A DNA stretch of 64,000 nt from Diplonema japonicum (taxonomy: Eukaryota; Protista; Euglenozoa: Diplonemea). The stretch's first letter is position 1. The number at the start of each line of letters is the position of its first letter. The stretch lies in the NCBI GenBank assembly GCA_964019335.1, contig OZ025715.1:248001-312000 (forward strand), read 5' to 3'. The position numbers and the translations under genes are program-made. The notes below the pieces were generated by a model that saw only the letters and a program-made list of their open reading frames with translations, ran no database searches and was not told the DNA's origin. This document shows positions 41,132 to 53,935 of this stretch, piece after piece.

Positions 41132-44100
41132 ATGGGGGGGAAGCAATCGACCTCGAAGCGCCTATCGCACAAAAGAGATCCCAGCGAACGATGCGACGAA
41201 TGGGGTGTGTACGTCCAGGACATGTTCCAAAGACTGGAGAGCGAGAGTGCGCAGATGTACGTGCTGAGGCTGACTGAAATGCATTTGGGCGAAGCCGGAG
41301 CACGCATGCTGTACCTGCATTTGCTGGAGAACAAAACGCTGACAGAGCTGGAGGTGGCGAAGAATAGTTTCGGACCGCCTTCTATGTATTACTTCGGGGA
41401 GTTACTGAAGCTTTCGGACACTCTCCTCAGCCTCGGCCTGCGGTCAAACATGCTGGGCGACTCCGGTGCAGCAGTCCTGGCCAAGAATCTAGAGTACAAC
41501 CGAACCCTCAACTGCCTCGATCTGTCTGATAATTTCATCCAAATCAAGGGATGCAAGGCGATTTCCCTCGCAATCCAGTTTAACTGCACCCTCACCGAAC
41601 TCAACCTATCCTCCAATGACGTCGGCAAAGAAGGCACAAAGCACATCTCTGAAGGGCTTCAGTACACACATACCTTGAAAAAACTGGTTCTCGAGGATAA
41701 CCAATTGGGCGATCCTTCCCTTGTGTGCCTCTCTGATGGCCTCGCCAAGAACAAGTCTCTTGAATCGGTACTTCTTGCACGTAATCTATTCACGAAGGTC
41801 GGTGTCAGCTATTTAATGTGCGCGCTGAGTAACCAAGTGAACGGAATCCGCGTGTTGGATCTCTCCAACAACGAACTAGGGCCAGACGGGTGCAAAATCC
41901 TGTGCATGCAGCTCAACCAGACCAAGATCGTTACATTGCTGCTCCGGTCTAACCATATCGGTGATATAGGTTGCAAGCATCTAAGCGAAGCGCTTGGAGG
42001 TCTGAAAGGCACTTGTTCCGTGCAGTGTCTTGACATCAGCGACAACAACTTCGGGCGACGTGGGTTTGAAGACCTCGCAGGTGTGCTTGAGGAGATGTCC
42101 TTCATCACCAACCTCGATATCTCCTTCAACGAGATTGGCATGACCGGCGGCGAGGCGCTGCTGTCTATGTGCAGCGAGAGGTTTACCGATGTGCGCTTCC
42201 ACGAAACGTGCATCCCCACGGAAATTGTCAACAAGGTGAACTATACTTTGAAGCGGAACAGAGTCATCAGAGGCATTGCTCACATCGATGAACGTGCTGA
42301 AGCAGCTCCCGAGCCCGCCACGCCCCGCCCCCAGAGCGTTATATCCCGCCCTCGGACAGGCCAACGTCGGCAAGTCACAACCGCGAATTTCGCCATCGCA
42401 GAGAAAGTGCGGACAGAGTACAACGAAGCGCGAGTCTTGCGTCAGCCGAAGTACGGCGACCCCGACGAGAGCCAGGTGATGACATGCGTGGACGAACACC
42501 TTGTGAAGCGGACGATCGCACTTGTGCAGGAGAACGATGACGTTGTGTCGCAAGTGACCCTCTCAGGACAGCGGTTGGGCAGCGGGCAAAGCAGCGCCAA
42601 GCTCTGCATCCAACTAGGACAAGCCCTCACGTACAACACCACTGTGCTCAAGCTGGACCTTACGTGCAATGACCTTGGGCCGCAAGGATGCTACCGTTTG
42701 GCCAAAGCGCTGGTCCCGAATAACTACCTGACGGAGCTGTCGATTGCAGGGAACAAGATAGGAAGTGAGGGCGCTGCCGCGCTGGGGGACTTGCTCGGAT
42801 TCAACAGGTGCTTGCTGGCGTTGCGTCTTGACGACAACGAGCTGGGCGATTTGGGGATGCGGCACATCAGCGAGGCGTTCGGCGTGTCGGACTCCCCGTC
42901 TGTCGTGCATCTGTCGCTACAGTGGAATGATATCACAAAAGACAGCGGCCCGTACTTGAACAGGATTCTGAGGCTCAACAGCACGCTGAAGACGCTGAAT
43001 TTGTGCGGCAACTCGCTGGGTAATAACGGCGTGTTGGACATCTGTGACGGCCCCACAGCGGGGCTGTGCTTCAACACGACGTTGAACAGGCTCGATGTGT
43101 CGCTGAACTATTTCGGCGACAATGCGGGCATCAAGCTGTTGGGCACCGTGACGAAAGCCAACAGCCTGACGTTTGTGGGCGTAACGAAGAACTTGCTGTG
43201 CATGAGCGTGGTGCAGGCTTTCGAGGAGTACAACGCGAACAAGATGGCACACAGGACGCTGCAGAGCATCTCGGCGAATAAGAAAGTCTCTAAGACACCC
43301 AAACCAGAGGATAACAACAACGACTTTGATCATGAGCCTTGTTCATTGCGCGCACGACCAAGCATTGGTAAGTTAGACTCTGAGATATCTATATCCCCGG
43401 AAGTGACGTACGCCGTAGGGTCACAGGTAGAAATTTCCTCCGAGTACGACGGCGTGGCCTCATGGGAGGTGTGCACTGTGATCGCCCTGAAGTACGGGAT
43501 GTACCTCGTGCAGTTCCCAAACGGTGAGCGGTGGGACAACGTCTTGGCCGAAGAGCTGCGTCCCGTCACCAACGAGAACCCCCTCTCGAACTTCATGTCG
43601 AACAACTGCCAAATCAAGATCAGCGTCGAAGCAACTCAAGAGGAACCCAGCTTCGGCATCGCCGTCTCGTCAGACGAAGCCTCGTCAGCCTCACAGCACA
43701 GCCCACTTCCTTCCGTCCGCGAAAGCCTAATAACTCGCGAGCTTACACGAAAGGACCCCGAACCAGACCATAAGGAAGACATCAAAGATAAACCCGACAA
43801 CGAGGAAGATATCGTTGAGAAGGAGGAGGAGGAGGAGGAGGGGGAGGAAGGGGAGATAGCTTCGGAAGAGACAAAGACTGAGAAGGAAATTGAAGAGGTA
43901 AAAGAAGAAGAAGAGGAAGAGGAAGTGGAGGAGGAGGAGGAGGAGGAGGAGGAGGAAGAAGAGGAAGAAAACCCACTAGCGGCCTTTGGCGAACACGCAG
44001 TAGCGCCATCAGATGCTTCTATCGAACCGTCGCCGCCACGTGGGGCATCAGATCAAGTGTTGATACCCCAGGTGCAGTCCGAAGCTAATGAACAGGCAGC

Positions 44101-45427
44101 TGTTGTATCTTCTGTGCCCATCACCGAGGCACCTGATACCCCTCCTGAGCGTGTCCCCATCAAAGAAACAGTGAATGAGGCTACCAAGCAGCACTTCGAC
44201 ATTGCACAGAAAGATATCTGTAGCTCTAGGCCGGACACACCTGAAAGCGCTGACGGAGAGGTTGTCCCTTTGCCACTAGCGGTGACAGTACGCAAAGCAG
44301 AAGCTCAAAAACAACAAGAAGCCGTGCTAAAAGAAGACCGCGGTGTCAAGGAAGAACGAGAAGAAGCGAGCAAGAAGCAAGAAGCTCCGAACGAAGAGCA
44401 CAAACCACAAAAAGCACAAGGTGCCCCAACGTCAACGGCAATGCAAAAAAATGGAAAACAAAAGGAGGAAAAGCCAGTGCCTAAGAAGGAGGAAACCCCA
44501 CAAGAAGAGTTACTCAAGAAAGAAGTGGAAGCCCGAAAAGCAGAATCGGCAAGAGAAGAGGCAGGCTGGCAAGAGATCGAGGAAGCACGATGGCAGGCGA
44601 AGCTGGATGAAGAAGTTCGTGCGTACGAAGAAGGGCGCAAGAAGGAAGAAGCACAGCAGAAGGAGAATGAGAAGATTACTCGGGAAGTGGTTCACGAGGA
44701 GGAGGGGCAGCGACTAGTAGTCGAGGCCGAAGAGAAGGCAACCCGTCTCCAGACAGAAGCACTCTGTGCAAAAGAAGAAGAAGAACACCAACAGAAAGAA
44801 GCACGGCAACGGCAGGAAGAGCTTGAGAAGGAAGAACTCCGATTACAGGAAGCGCAGAGGAGGGAAAAAGAAGAAGCGCAACGAAAGGAGCAGGAAGAAG
44901 CAGCCAAAAGGTTAGAAGAATTTGAAAAGGAAAAACTCCGACTACAAGAAGAAGAGGCACAAGAAAGAAAAGAAACACAGCGGCAAGAAGAAGCTGAAAA
45001 ACAGGAAGAACAGCGACAACAGCAAGAGGCCAGACAAGAAGTGCTCCGCCTGAACGAGGAACGCAAAAGGAAAGAAGAAGAAAAGAGAAGACTTGAAGAA
45101 GCAGCCCGACTGAAAGAAGAAGAGGCAAACCAAAAGGAAGTTCAGCGACAAGAAAAAGTGAGACAACAAGAGGAAGCTCGACAACTAGAAGAATTAAGAC
45201 AGCAAGAAGAAGCTCAACGACAAGAAAGAAAACAGCAAGAAGAAGCTCGACAGCTAGAAGAATTAAGACACCAAGAAGAAACTCGACAACTGGAAGAATT
45301 GAAACAGCAAGAAGAAGCTCAACAACAAGAAAGAAAACAAGAAGAAGCCCGACGTAACGAGGTTAGAATGCAGGAAGAAGCCCGACAAGAAGAGGCAAGA
45401 AAGCGACAGGAAGAAAACCAAAGAGAC

Positions 45428-45471
<44 letters not shown>

Positions 45472-45790
45472 AGAAGAGGAAGAAGAAGAAGAAGCACCTC
45501 CGCAAGAAGAATCCCGAAAGCAACAAAAAGAGGCACGCCCAAAAGGGGAACGTTCGCAGGAGGAAGAAGAAGAAGAGGAAGAGGAGGAGGAAGAAGAATC
45601 ACCTCCGCGAGAAGTAGCCCGAACGCAACAAGCGGAGGCACACCCAAAAGGAGAACGTCTGCAGGCGGAAGCGAAGGATTCGAACGAACCGTGTTTGCAA
45701 AAACCCCAACAAAATACGCACACCCAGAAGGAGGGTATGGACACTGCTGAAGAGGAGGAATACGAAGAAGAAGAGGAGGAGGAAGAAGAA

Positions 45791-45822
<32 letters not shown>

Positions 45823-45904
45823 GGAAGAGGAAGAGGAAGAGGAAGAAGAAGAACGCGAGAACCCCTTGGCCTTCATTACAGGTCTTCAAGCACTTGGTGA
45901 ATGA
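41132..45904 (+). CDS. RNI-like leucine-rich-repeat protein with Agenet/Tudor-like domain and Glu/Gln-rich coiled-coil tail
   Basis: Two blocks of 28-aa LxxLxLxxNxIGxxG repeats; VGSQVEI...WEVCTV...YLVQF...EELRP; N-terminal MGGKQS is a possible myristoylation site. Confidence 0.85.
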
Positions 45905-46090
45905 CCCGCACCTCCTGTGTTCCCATGCTGTTCCTATGCTGTGTTCCTCATTTATCGATATCGCTGCTTTAACAAGCCAGGCGCTCTTTTTTTTCACTCT
46001 CTTTTTTGTTTCTCTTCAGTAGTTTTCCAAAACGTCTGCCTGAAGTACAGGATTACCAATCACCACAGGAGCGCCCTACTATGCGACAAG

Positions 46091-47971
46091 ATGACAGCGT
46101 TGAACGCAAAGCTGGTGCGGGAAGGGGCGTGGGACGCAGTGAGGAGGGTGGCGAGGAGGTATCAGAAGCCAACCGAGGCGAAGAAGATTTTGCGAGCGTT
46201 GTCCGAACAAGCACAACATGAGAACGTAACATACACAGGTCAGCAAGGCGTTAGAGACGGGGTCATGACAGTGCAAAGCTACAGCAGTTGTAGGGTGTAT
46301 CACCCATGGCTGTTCGTCACAGTGTCCAAGTGCTGCGAGAATGAAATGGACAAGATGACCAAGAGGGATGTTTGCACACTTCTGTGGTGCCAGTCTTGGT
46401 TTCAAGATTTCGCGCAGATGCGCACGCACACTGGGTTCCTGAAGCATGCCCTTCGCCCTTCCGCAGAGCATCTCAACCTCACCGACCTCACCATGCTAAT
46501 GAAAGCGGTGGAGAAATGCCGCGAACCCCTGATCGAAACATTTAAAGAAGAGATCAGCGAAGCCATCATCCTGTGCCTTTCTCGGGAAGGCACCACCGCG
46601 TCCTTGCAAGGCCTCATCGGGATCTTGAGCTCTGTAGTGAAGGCGCGTGGGGAGGGCGCAAGCATGACAAAAGTGGTGAACGGACTGGTCGTCATGATCA
46701 CCGCTAAACACGAAGAGCTGATGAACGATACGATAGGGTTGGTCAGCGTGCTGAACGCTCTCGCGAAGCTCCCTCACGAGGAAGCAGACGGGGTCGTAGC
46801 AAGCAGACACTTAAAGTTGGCGAACATCGCGATCCAGGGTGTGGTGAAGGCGAAGAACAACCTCAGGGTGCTGGAGCGTGTTACTGTGTTGTCGAACTTC
46901 TACACCTTCAGGCGGTCGTTCGATGTTGCGCAGCTTCGTGTCGCTGTGCTGGCCATCATCCACCCGTTGGCAGAGACGACGCCCTTAAAGGCCGTCCCAC
47001 CTGAACACCTCATCGCTTTTTTATTCTACGCCAGCAAACTCGACATCGACGCTGCTTCTGATGAAACCCTTACGCAGATATCCGACTTCATGCTGTCCCT
47101 CATGGCGTCAGGTGCGCTGGCACGCGCCAACAGTGTGGGCCCTGACTCTGTGGCGAGGCTTGTATGGGCCTTGTCACGCACCCCCGACAGCGACACCGCT
47201 CGGGTAGTCGTGGGACACCTTGAAACAACAAGTGTTTTCCGTCACATGAACGGCAGAGAGCTCACCGACACCATCCGTGGCCTAGGCGGGCTCAGAGTGT
47301 ACGATGTCACTGCGTTGAACAGACAGATTGGGGAGGGTGTTGAACGGTGCATGGACCAGTTGTCCCCCGCGGATTGTGTTCAGATTCTCGCGTTTCTCAG
47401 CCACTCTAGACAGGGAGCTGCTTACCCGCTGCTGATGCAGAAGGTGAAAACGTACTGTGCACACCTGCTGCCTAGGGACTTGAAGCTGCTATTCTATGCG
47501 TTTGTGGTCGCGAGGTGGGGCGACACTGACTTCTTACGACAGCTGGTGAGCATTGTGAACAACCCGAAGCGAGGGTTCGACATCATGCTTGTGGACCAGG
47601 TCTTCATTCTGAACTGCTTGACCGCATTGGGGCACACCTCCGCCACCTTACTGGACACTGTGAAGGCACGCTGCGCGGCGACACATGAGCCCCTCCCCTC
47701 CAAGGCAATGGTAAGGCTCTTAACGACACTGGCCAAGTCAAACCAGAAAACCAACAAAACAGCGGCGGTGAAGCTGTGCGAGGAAATAACAGCAGCATTC
47801 TTGAACTCCGAACGTCTGACCTCTAACGAGATCAAACAGCTCTTCGACTCGGTGGGAGAGCTGCAGATACAAAAGACACCGCAAGCAAGGGAAATGGAGA
47901 AGGTCCTGACGTCCAAAGACCTAAGGGGCACCGCAAGCCAAGTGGACGAGCTTCAACCCGATTCGCCTTGA
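46091..47971 (+). CDS. Helical-repeat protein, possibly HPR/OPR/FASTK-like RNA-binding
   Basis: Recurrent helices such as DVCTLLWCQ, SVARLVWALSR, DLKLLFYAF, MVRLLTTLAK; pyrimidine tract and AG upstream near 46019. Confidence 0.55.
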   Translation: MTALNAKLVREGAWDAVRRVARRYQKPTEAKKILRALSEQAQHENVTYTGQQGVRDGVMTVQSYSSCRVYHPWLFVTVSKCCENEMDKMTKRDVCTLLWCQSWFQDFAQMRTHTGFLKHALRPSAEHLNLTDLTMLMKAVEKCREPLIETFKEEISEAIILCLSREGTTASLQGLIGILSSVVKARGEGASMTKVVNGLVVMITAKHEELMNDTIGLVSVLNALAKLPHEEADGVVASRHLKLANIAIQGVVKAKNNLRVLERVTVLSNFYTFRRSFDVAQLRVAVLAIIHPLAETTPLKAVPPEHLIAFLFYASKLDIDAASDETLTQISDFMLSLMASGALARANSVGPDSVARLVWALSRTPDSDTARVVVGHLETTSVFRHMNGRELTDTIRGLGGLRVYDVTALNRQIGEGVERCMDQLSPADCVQILAFLSHSRQGAAYPLLMQKVKTYCAHLLPRDLKLLFYAFVVARWGDTDFLRQLVSIVNNPKRGFDIMLVDQVFILNCLTALGHTSATLLDTVKARCAATHEPLPSKAMVRLLTTLAKSNQKTNKTAAVKLCEEITAAFLNSERLTSNEIKQLFDSVGELQIQKTPQAREMEKVLTSKDLRGTASQVDELQPDSP

Positions 47972-48045
47972 ATTTCTTTCATATATTATAAATCCCCCCC
48001 AAAAAAAAACACTACAAAGGGAGGGCGGAAAGGGGGGTGGGAAAT

Positions 48046-49644
48046 ATGGACGAGCTCATATGGGTGCTGTTCAGCCTTATAATGGTGGTCCTCGCGGTGT
48101 TTGGCGTGTGGCATTTCTCGATGCTTCACGGGGATTACCACGAGAACAGGATACTGACCATCATGGTGGGGACTTCGTCGCTGTGGCTGGGTGCTGCAAA
48201 GCTCGTTATGGCGCCAGCAGACGTGTACGACATCGCGTTCGAGAACGGGAAGCACTCTGCTGACATAAAGAGATTCTACCAAATGAGCGACATGGTGACG
48301 GCGGTGTACTGTTTCGTCATGCTACCTTTTCTGTACGTGTTCAACAGCGAGAAGTTCGCGTCGTGGCGGGGCGGCTACCGGTCTGCAAAGTTATCATGGA
48401 GAATCTTCATCTCCGTGTTGTGCTTAGTGCCGGGTCTTCTCGTCCTTGGAACTATCATCCTCCTCGGCATCTTTATTGAGTACTCCGACCACAACTCCGA
48501 ACCAATCCAAGAATGGCTGAACGCCACCAGGGAGCAAACCGACTCTGAAAAAACATTCAACATCCTCTCAGGAGCGTGCAGCATCGTGGGGGTCCCGTTC
48601 ATGGTATTTTACCTTGGGTCCGGGTTGGCATTGATCCCGTTGAAGCTCCTCGAGAGGAAGTTGTCTACAAACGAACTTTTCGTTGCCGGGGAACTTCTAG
48701 ACGAACAGCTGGAGAACGAGAACTACAACATGGCGGGGATCAAGTCGAACTACATGAACAACCTGACCAAGGGGATCGACAAGAAGGACAAGAAGAAGTT
48801 CCGCAGCGCGGACAAAAAGATCAAGGAGCTCGAGGAGACGAAAACGCTGCTAAAAAGCACCTCCGCAGAATCGAAATTCTCCCCGAGAAAGATCGCGAGA
48901 TACACCGCGGGAGTCCTTCTGCTCCTATTCCTCTGCTTCAACATTGCCGGGATTCTAGGTGGGCGGATATACGCGCTACTGAACTCGGACTGCGGCTGGC
49001 GATGTGCTTATGTAACAGCATCTGACTCGGGCTGGGCCAACCCTGTTGACGAAATGACTTCTGACATGGGCTACGAGCTTGCGACAGTGTTTTTCGCGTG
49101 TTTCACTATTTACATGATGGCTGGCATGTTGGGTGCCTTTGTGTACCACGGGTTCAATTTCATCTTTATCGAGGAAGCACTAGAACGGTACTCCTCACCC
49201 GCGCAGGCTATATACCTGGAGTGCATAACGCTTCTGTTGGTCACAAGTGCGTTGACCCCTTATCTCGCTGTTGTGGCACCAAGGTACGCTGTCTTTGGGT
49301 GTAGCTCTTCGTGTTATTTTGGATCGTTCTCTCGCGAGATTTCGTATCCTGCAGTGGAAGGGAACGATACCGAAACAGTCTCGCTGACTGTTGGTTTTGA
49401 GGATTGCCTGACGACAGAGCTGTCCAAGCAGGTGTATTCTCTCAGGATTTTGCACCCGATTTTTTCAGTCGCTGACACGGTGTCTGTGTTCGGCCTGTCA
49501 GCGTCCGTTGTCTTCTTCCTGATCTGGTACTTTGCAAGGATGCGTGGGAGCGCACCTGTGCAGGTCAAGAACTCGTCGGCACGGGGAGGCTACCTGACCG
49601 TGACAAACGCTTTTGATGATGTTGACGATAAGGTTTATGTTTGA
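48046..49644 (+). CDS. LMBR1-domain membrane protein (LMBRD1-like)
   Basis: MAPADV, MLPFLYVF, YLGSGLALIP, central coiled coil, NPVD, APRYAVFG; about 9 TM segments. Confidence 0.75.
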   Translation: MDELIWVLFSLIMVVLAVFGVWHFSMLHGDYHENRILTIMVGTSSLWLGAAKLVMAPADVYDIAFENGKHSADIKRFYQMSDMVTAVYCFVMLPFLYVFNSEKFASWRGGYRSAKLSWRIFISVLCLVPGLLVLGTIILLGIFIEYSDHNSEPIQEWLNATREQTDSEKTFNILSGACSIVGVPFMVFYLGSGLALIPLKLLERKLSTNELFVAGELLDEQLENENYNMAGIKSNYMNNLTKGIDKKDKKKFRSADKKIKELEETKTLLKSTSAESKFSPRKIARYTAGVLLLLFLCFNIAGILGGRIYALLNSDCGWRCAYVTASDSGWANPVDEMTSDMGYELATVFFACFTIYMMAGMLGAFVYHGFNFIFIEEALERYSSPAQAIYLECITLLLVTSALTPYLAVVAPRYAVFGCSSSCYFGSFSREISYPAVEGNDTETVSLTVGFEDCLTTELSKQVYSLRILHPIFSVADTVSVFGLSASVVFFLIWYFARMRGSAPVQVKNSSARGGYLTVTNAFDDVDDKVYV

Positions 49645-49886
49645 AACCCGCTGGGATGGAAGAAGGGAAGGAAAAAAAAAAAAAAGAAAAAAAAAAGAAA
49701 AAGAAAAATAGAGTGTACTTATTTCTTGTCACCCGTGTGCTTTTTTTGTTTTGTTTTTTTTTTTGTTCTTTTTGTTTGCCTGTTCTATTATTACGTTATG
49801 TGGGGGGTGGGGTGTGGGTGGGCGTCTTCTACAGGGCTCCACCAACTTCTATTCTCGTAAATATTTATTTTTTTTGTTTTGTTGTT

Positions 49887-49917
<31 letters not shown>

Positions 49918-50540
49918 TGCGTTGCCAAACATATAGGTTGTAGTCTCGACAAAAAAACGTGTTGTCTAAAACAGAATAAAAAAAGAAAAAAAGGGGGGGG
50001 TGAAATAAAGGCCAGGTCGAGACAGATTTGTTTGGCTTCAACCCCTAAACCCCCCCCCCCCCCTCCCTCCCCTTCTTTTTTGCAAGAGAGTCTCTTTGAC
50101 TTGTCTAAACAAAAAGGGGAACATTGGCAACGTGTTTACGGGTTTTACAAACTTCTCTAGGTTTTACCGGCACGTACAACCAACGGCCAAGTTCCTCTTT
50201 TCTGCTAAATCTCTAGAAAATCCCTTTGGGAGCAGTATTAATATCTTCGGCCGAAGCACTTTTTTCTTTTTTTGACAAAATGTCCGGCCTGACAAGCTAG
50301 ATTAAAGTATTTTTCTTTGTTGTTGTTCATCGTTGTCGCCCCATTTATTCTTCGTGTTCCTTATCCAAGCATTGCCATTTCCCTTCGTTTCTTTCCAACA
50401 ATTAAAAAAAAATGAATACCCCCCTCTATTCTCATCCTCCCCCCTCACTTCTCTTCGGGAAAACATATTTAAAAAAAAAAACCAAATACAAAACGTAACT
50501 TCATGCCATTTAAAATAAGACAAAACGAGAAAATAAAAAA

Positions 50541-53538
50541 ATGGCCGACTACAAGATGCTGATCAACGGGGAGCTCGTTGATGCGAAGGAGACCTTCGAC
50601 GTCATCAACCCTGCCACTGGGAAGGCTTTCGCGAAGTCGCCCCACTGCGATGCTTCTGATGTTGATGCTGCTGTTGCTGCGGCCAAGGCCGCCTTCCCTG
50701 CGTGGAGGGACACCCCCATCGAGGAGCGTAAGGCATGTCTTAAGAAAGCTATTGATTTGATCGGTGCTAACAAAGACGCTCTTGCGGAGCTTCTGTGCAA
50801 GGAGCAGGGGAAGCCCAAGGCCACTGGTGCCAAAGGAGAGGTCAACGCGACCATCGCCGCCATGACCAGAGTCTTGAATGTTGACGCTGCGCCCCTTGTG
50901 CACATGGACAGGCCGGAGGCCAAGGTTGAGGTGTGCAGGAAGCCCCTCGGTGTCGTCGCCGGCATTGGGCCCTGGAACTTCCCCCTCCTCTGCTTGTTCC
51001 AGAAGCTTGCACCTGCTGTTGTGCTTGGGAACACCTTCGTCGGGAAGCCCTCTCCCTTCACCCCCCTGTCCACCCTTCTGTTTACCGCCCTCATCAAGGA
51101 CTGCTTCCCGAAGGGTGTCATCAACATGATTGTCTCTGAAGACTCGAAGTTCAGGTCGGGAGCCCAGCTCACCTCGCACCCTGACATCAGGAAGGTCTCC
51201 TTCACTGGGTCTGTTCCCACTGGTCAGGCCATCATGAAGGCTTGCTCCCCAGACTCCAAGAGGGTGACCCTTGAGATGGGTGGTAACGATGCCGCCATTG
51301 TGTGCAAGGATGTTGATGTGAAGAAGGCAGCTGCAGGTGTCTTCGGTGGTGCTTTCGCCAACACTGGACAGATTTGCATTGCCATTAAGAGGGCCTACGT
51401 GCACAGCAGCATCTACGACGAGTTCGTGAAGGAGCTGGTGGCCAACGCAGAGGCAACGAAGGTATGAACATCTCGCCACAGCATATGTAATACAGTTCGG
51501 AGACGGCATGGAGAAAGGTACCACCCACGGACCTCTGAACAACAAGATGCAGTTCGACAAGGTGAGCGAGTTCGTTGAGGACGCAAGGAAGAGCGGCGCC
51601 AAGATCGAGACCGGCGGGAAGGCCATGGACAGGGATGGATACTTCTACGAGCCCACCATCATCTCAGGTGTGAAGGAGGGTGTGAGAATCGTGGACGAGG
51701 AGCAGTTCGGGCCTGTGCTCCCTGTGATTGCCTACGACGATGTTGAGGATGCTTTGGAGAGGACCAACAACACCAAGTTCGGTCTGGGTGGGAGTGTGTG
51801 GTCCTCGGACATCGAGGCGGCGAACAAGCTTGCGGCCCGTGTTGAGTCTGGTACCGTGTGGGTGAACGAGCACTTGGGGAACACTGAAGGTGCTCCCTTC
51901 GGTGGGATGAAGCACAGCGGGCTTGGAAGGGAGAAGGGGAGGGCAGATATTGACAACTGGACTGAGATGCAGTCCCTGAAGACAGCAAAGGCAGGTGCAC
52001 CGAATGCCCCTGAAGCCCCCAAGTTCCCTGAGCAACAGCCCATCAACACTGACTACAAGATGCTGATCAACGGGGAGCTCGTTGATGCGAAGGAGACCTT
52101 CGACGTCGTCAACCCTGCCACTGGGAAGACTTTCGCGAAGTCGCCCCACTGCGATGCTTCTGATGTTGATGCTGCTGTTGCTGCGGCCAAGGCCGCCTTC
52201 CCTGCGTGGAGGGACACCCCCATCGAGGAGCGCAGGGCGTGTTTCATGAAGGCATTGGGAATCATTGCGGCTCACAAGGACGCCCTTGGTGAGCTTCTGT
52301 GCAAGGAGCAGGGGAAGCCCAAGGGTGGTGAGGTCCCTGAGAGGCTTCTGGTTGGTGCTTCCCTTGAGATGCTCATGACAATGGGTCTCATCCAGAAGGC
52401 CACCGCAATTGATGCGTCGCCTTACGTACACGTGGACATGCCTGAGGCCAAGGTTGAAGTGTGCAGGAGGCCCCTTGGCCCTGTTGCTGGCATTGGGCCC
52501 TGGAACTTCCCCATCTACTGCATGATGCAGAAGCTTGCACCTGCTGTTGTGCTTGGGAACACCTTCGTCGGGAAGCCCTCTCCCTTCACCCCCCTGTCCA
52601 CCCTTGTCATGACCGCCCTCATCAAGGACTGCTTCCCGAAGGGTGTCATCAACATGATTGTCTCTGACGACTCGAAGTTCAGGTCGGGAGCCCAGCTCAC
52701 CTCGCACCCTGACATCAGGAAGGTCTCCTTCACTGGGTCTGTCCCCACTGGTCAGGCCATCATGAAGGCTTGCTCCGACGATGTGAAGAGGGTGACCCTT
52801 GAGATGGGTGGGAATGATGCCGCCATTGTGTGCAAGGATGTTGATGTGAAGAAGGCAGCTGCAGGAGTCTTCGGTGGTGCTTTCGCCAACACTGGACAGA
52901 TCTGTGTGGCGGTGAAGAGGGCCTACGTGCACAGCAGCATCTACGACGAGTTCGTGAAGGAGCTGGTGGCCAACGCAGAAGCAGCGAAGGTATGAACGCA
53001 TCTACTTGTTGTCAAACTTCTTACCCCAACACAGTTCGGAGACGGTTTGGAGGCAGAGACGATGTACGGACCTCTGAACAACAAGATGCAGTTCGACAAG
53101 GTGAGCGAGTTCGTTGAGGACGCAAGGAAGAGCGGCGCCAAGATCGAGACCGGCGGGAAGGCCATGGACAGGGATGGATACTTCTACGAGCCCACCATCA
53201 TCTCAGGTGTGAAGGAGGGTGTGAGAATCGTGGACGAGGAGCAGTTCGGGCCTGTGCTCCCTGTGATTGCCTACGACGATGTTGAGGATGCTTTGGAGAG
53301 GACCAACAACACCAAGTTCGGTCTGGGTGGGAGTGTGTGGTCCTCGGACATCGAGGCGGCGAACAAGCTTGCGGCCCGTGTTGAGTCTGGTACCGTGTGG
53401 GTGAACGAGCACTTGGGGGACACTGACGGTGCTCCCTTCGGTGGGTTCAAGCACAGCGGGATCGGGAGGGAGAACGGGTGTGCTGACCTTGGAACATGGA
53501 CTGAGATGCAGTCCCTGAAGACCGCGAAGCAACCGTGA
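50541..53538 (+). CDS. Double-domain aldehyde dehydrogenase A (two full ALDH domains, about 972 aa)
   Basis: Exons 50541-51461, 51496-52989, 53035-53538. Each domain has PWNFP, GKPSP, FTGS, TLEMGG, GQxC, EEQFGP and PFGG. No stop codon between domains. Confidence 0.9.
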
Positions 53539-53935
53539 ACGTGATGACTCTGACTTGAAGGATTCTGTGTGTTCGTTTATTTTATCCCTTATCCTCCTTT
53601 TTTTTACTGAGAGGCAGTCTGAAGACTGTGAAGCAGCCGTGAAGTTTGCAACGTTCAAGACTATATGGTTTGAAGTGGTAATACGAATCTGAAGCAGAAA
53701 CTCAAAAAAGGGAGCTCTTATTGAGGATAAGGTCTTTCGCACAGCCGCTCATAAAGAGTGCTGCGCACCTTCGACTCCTCGGTATGATTCATTACCACGT
53801 CAGTACTATGTAGTTTCCTTTTTATTTGCTTGTTTCGTGCGGCACTTATGAGGATGCTTGCATACCAATTATTCAAGTATTTTGTTTTCATGTCAACCAA
53901 AGCAAGTGTTCCAAAGGCGACTAACAACTTTCAAA

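Noticed and set aside
51508-52995. Apparent circularly permuted ALDH (C-terminal part before N-terminal part)
   Set aside because: It is the middle exon of a two-domain gene; flanking GTATGA..CAG introns restore normal order, and stop-codon readthrough is not needed
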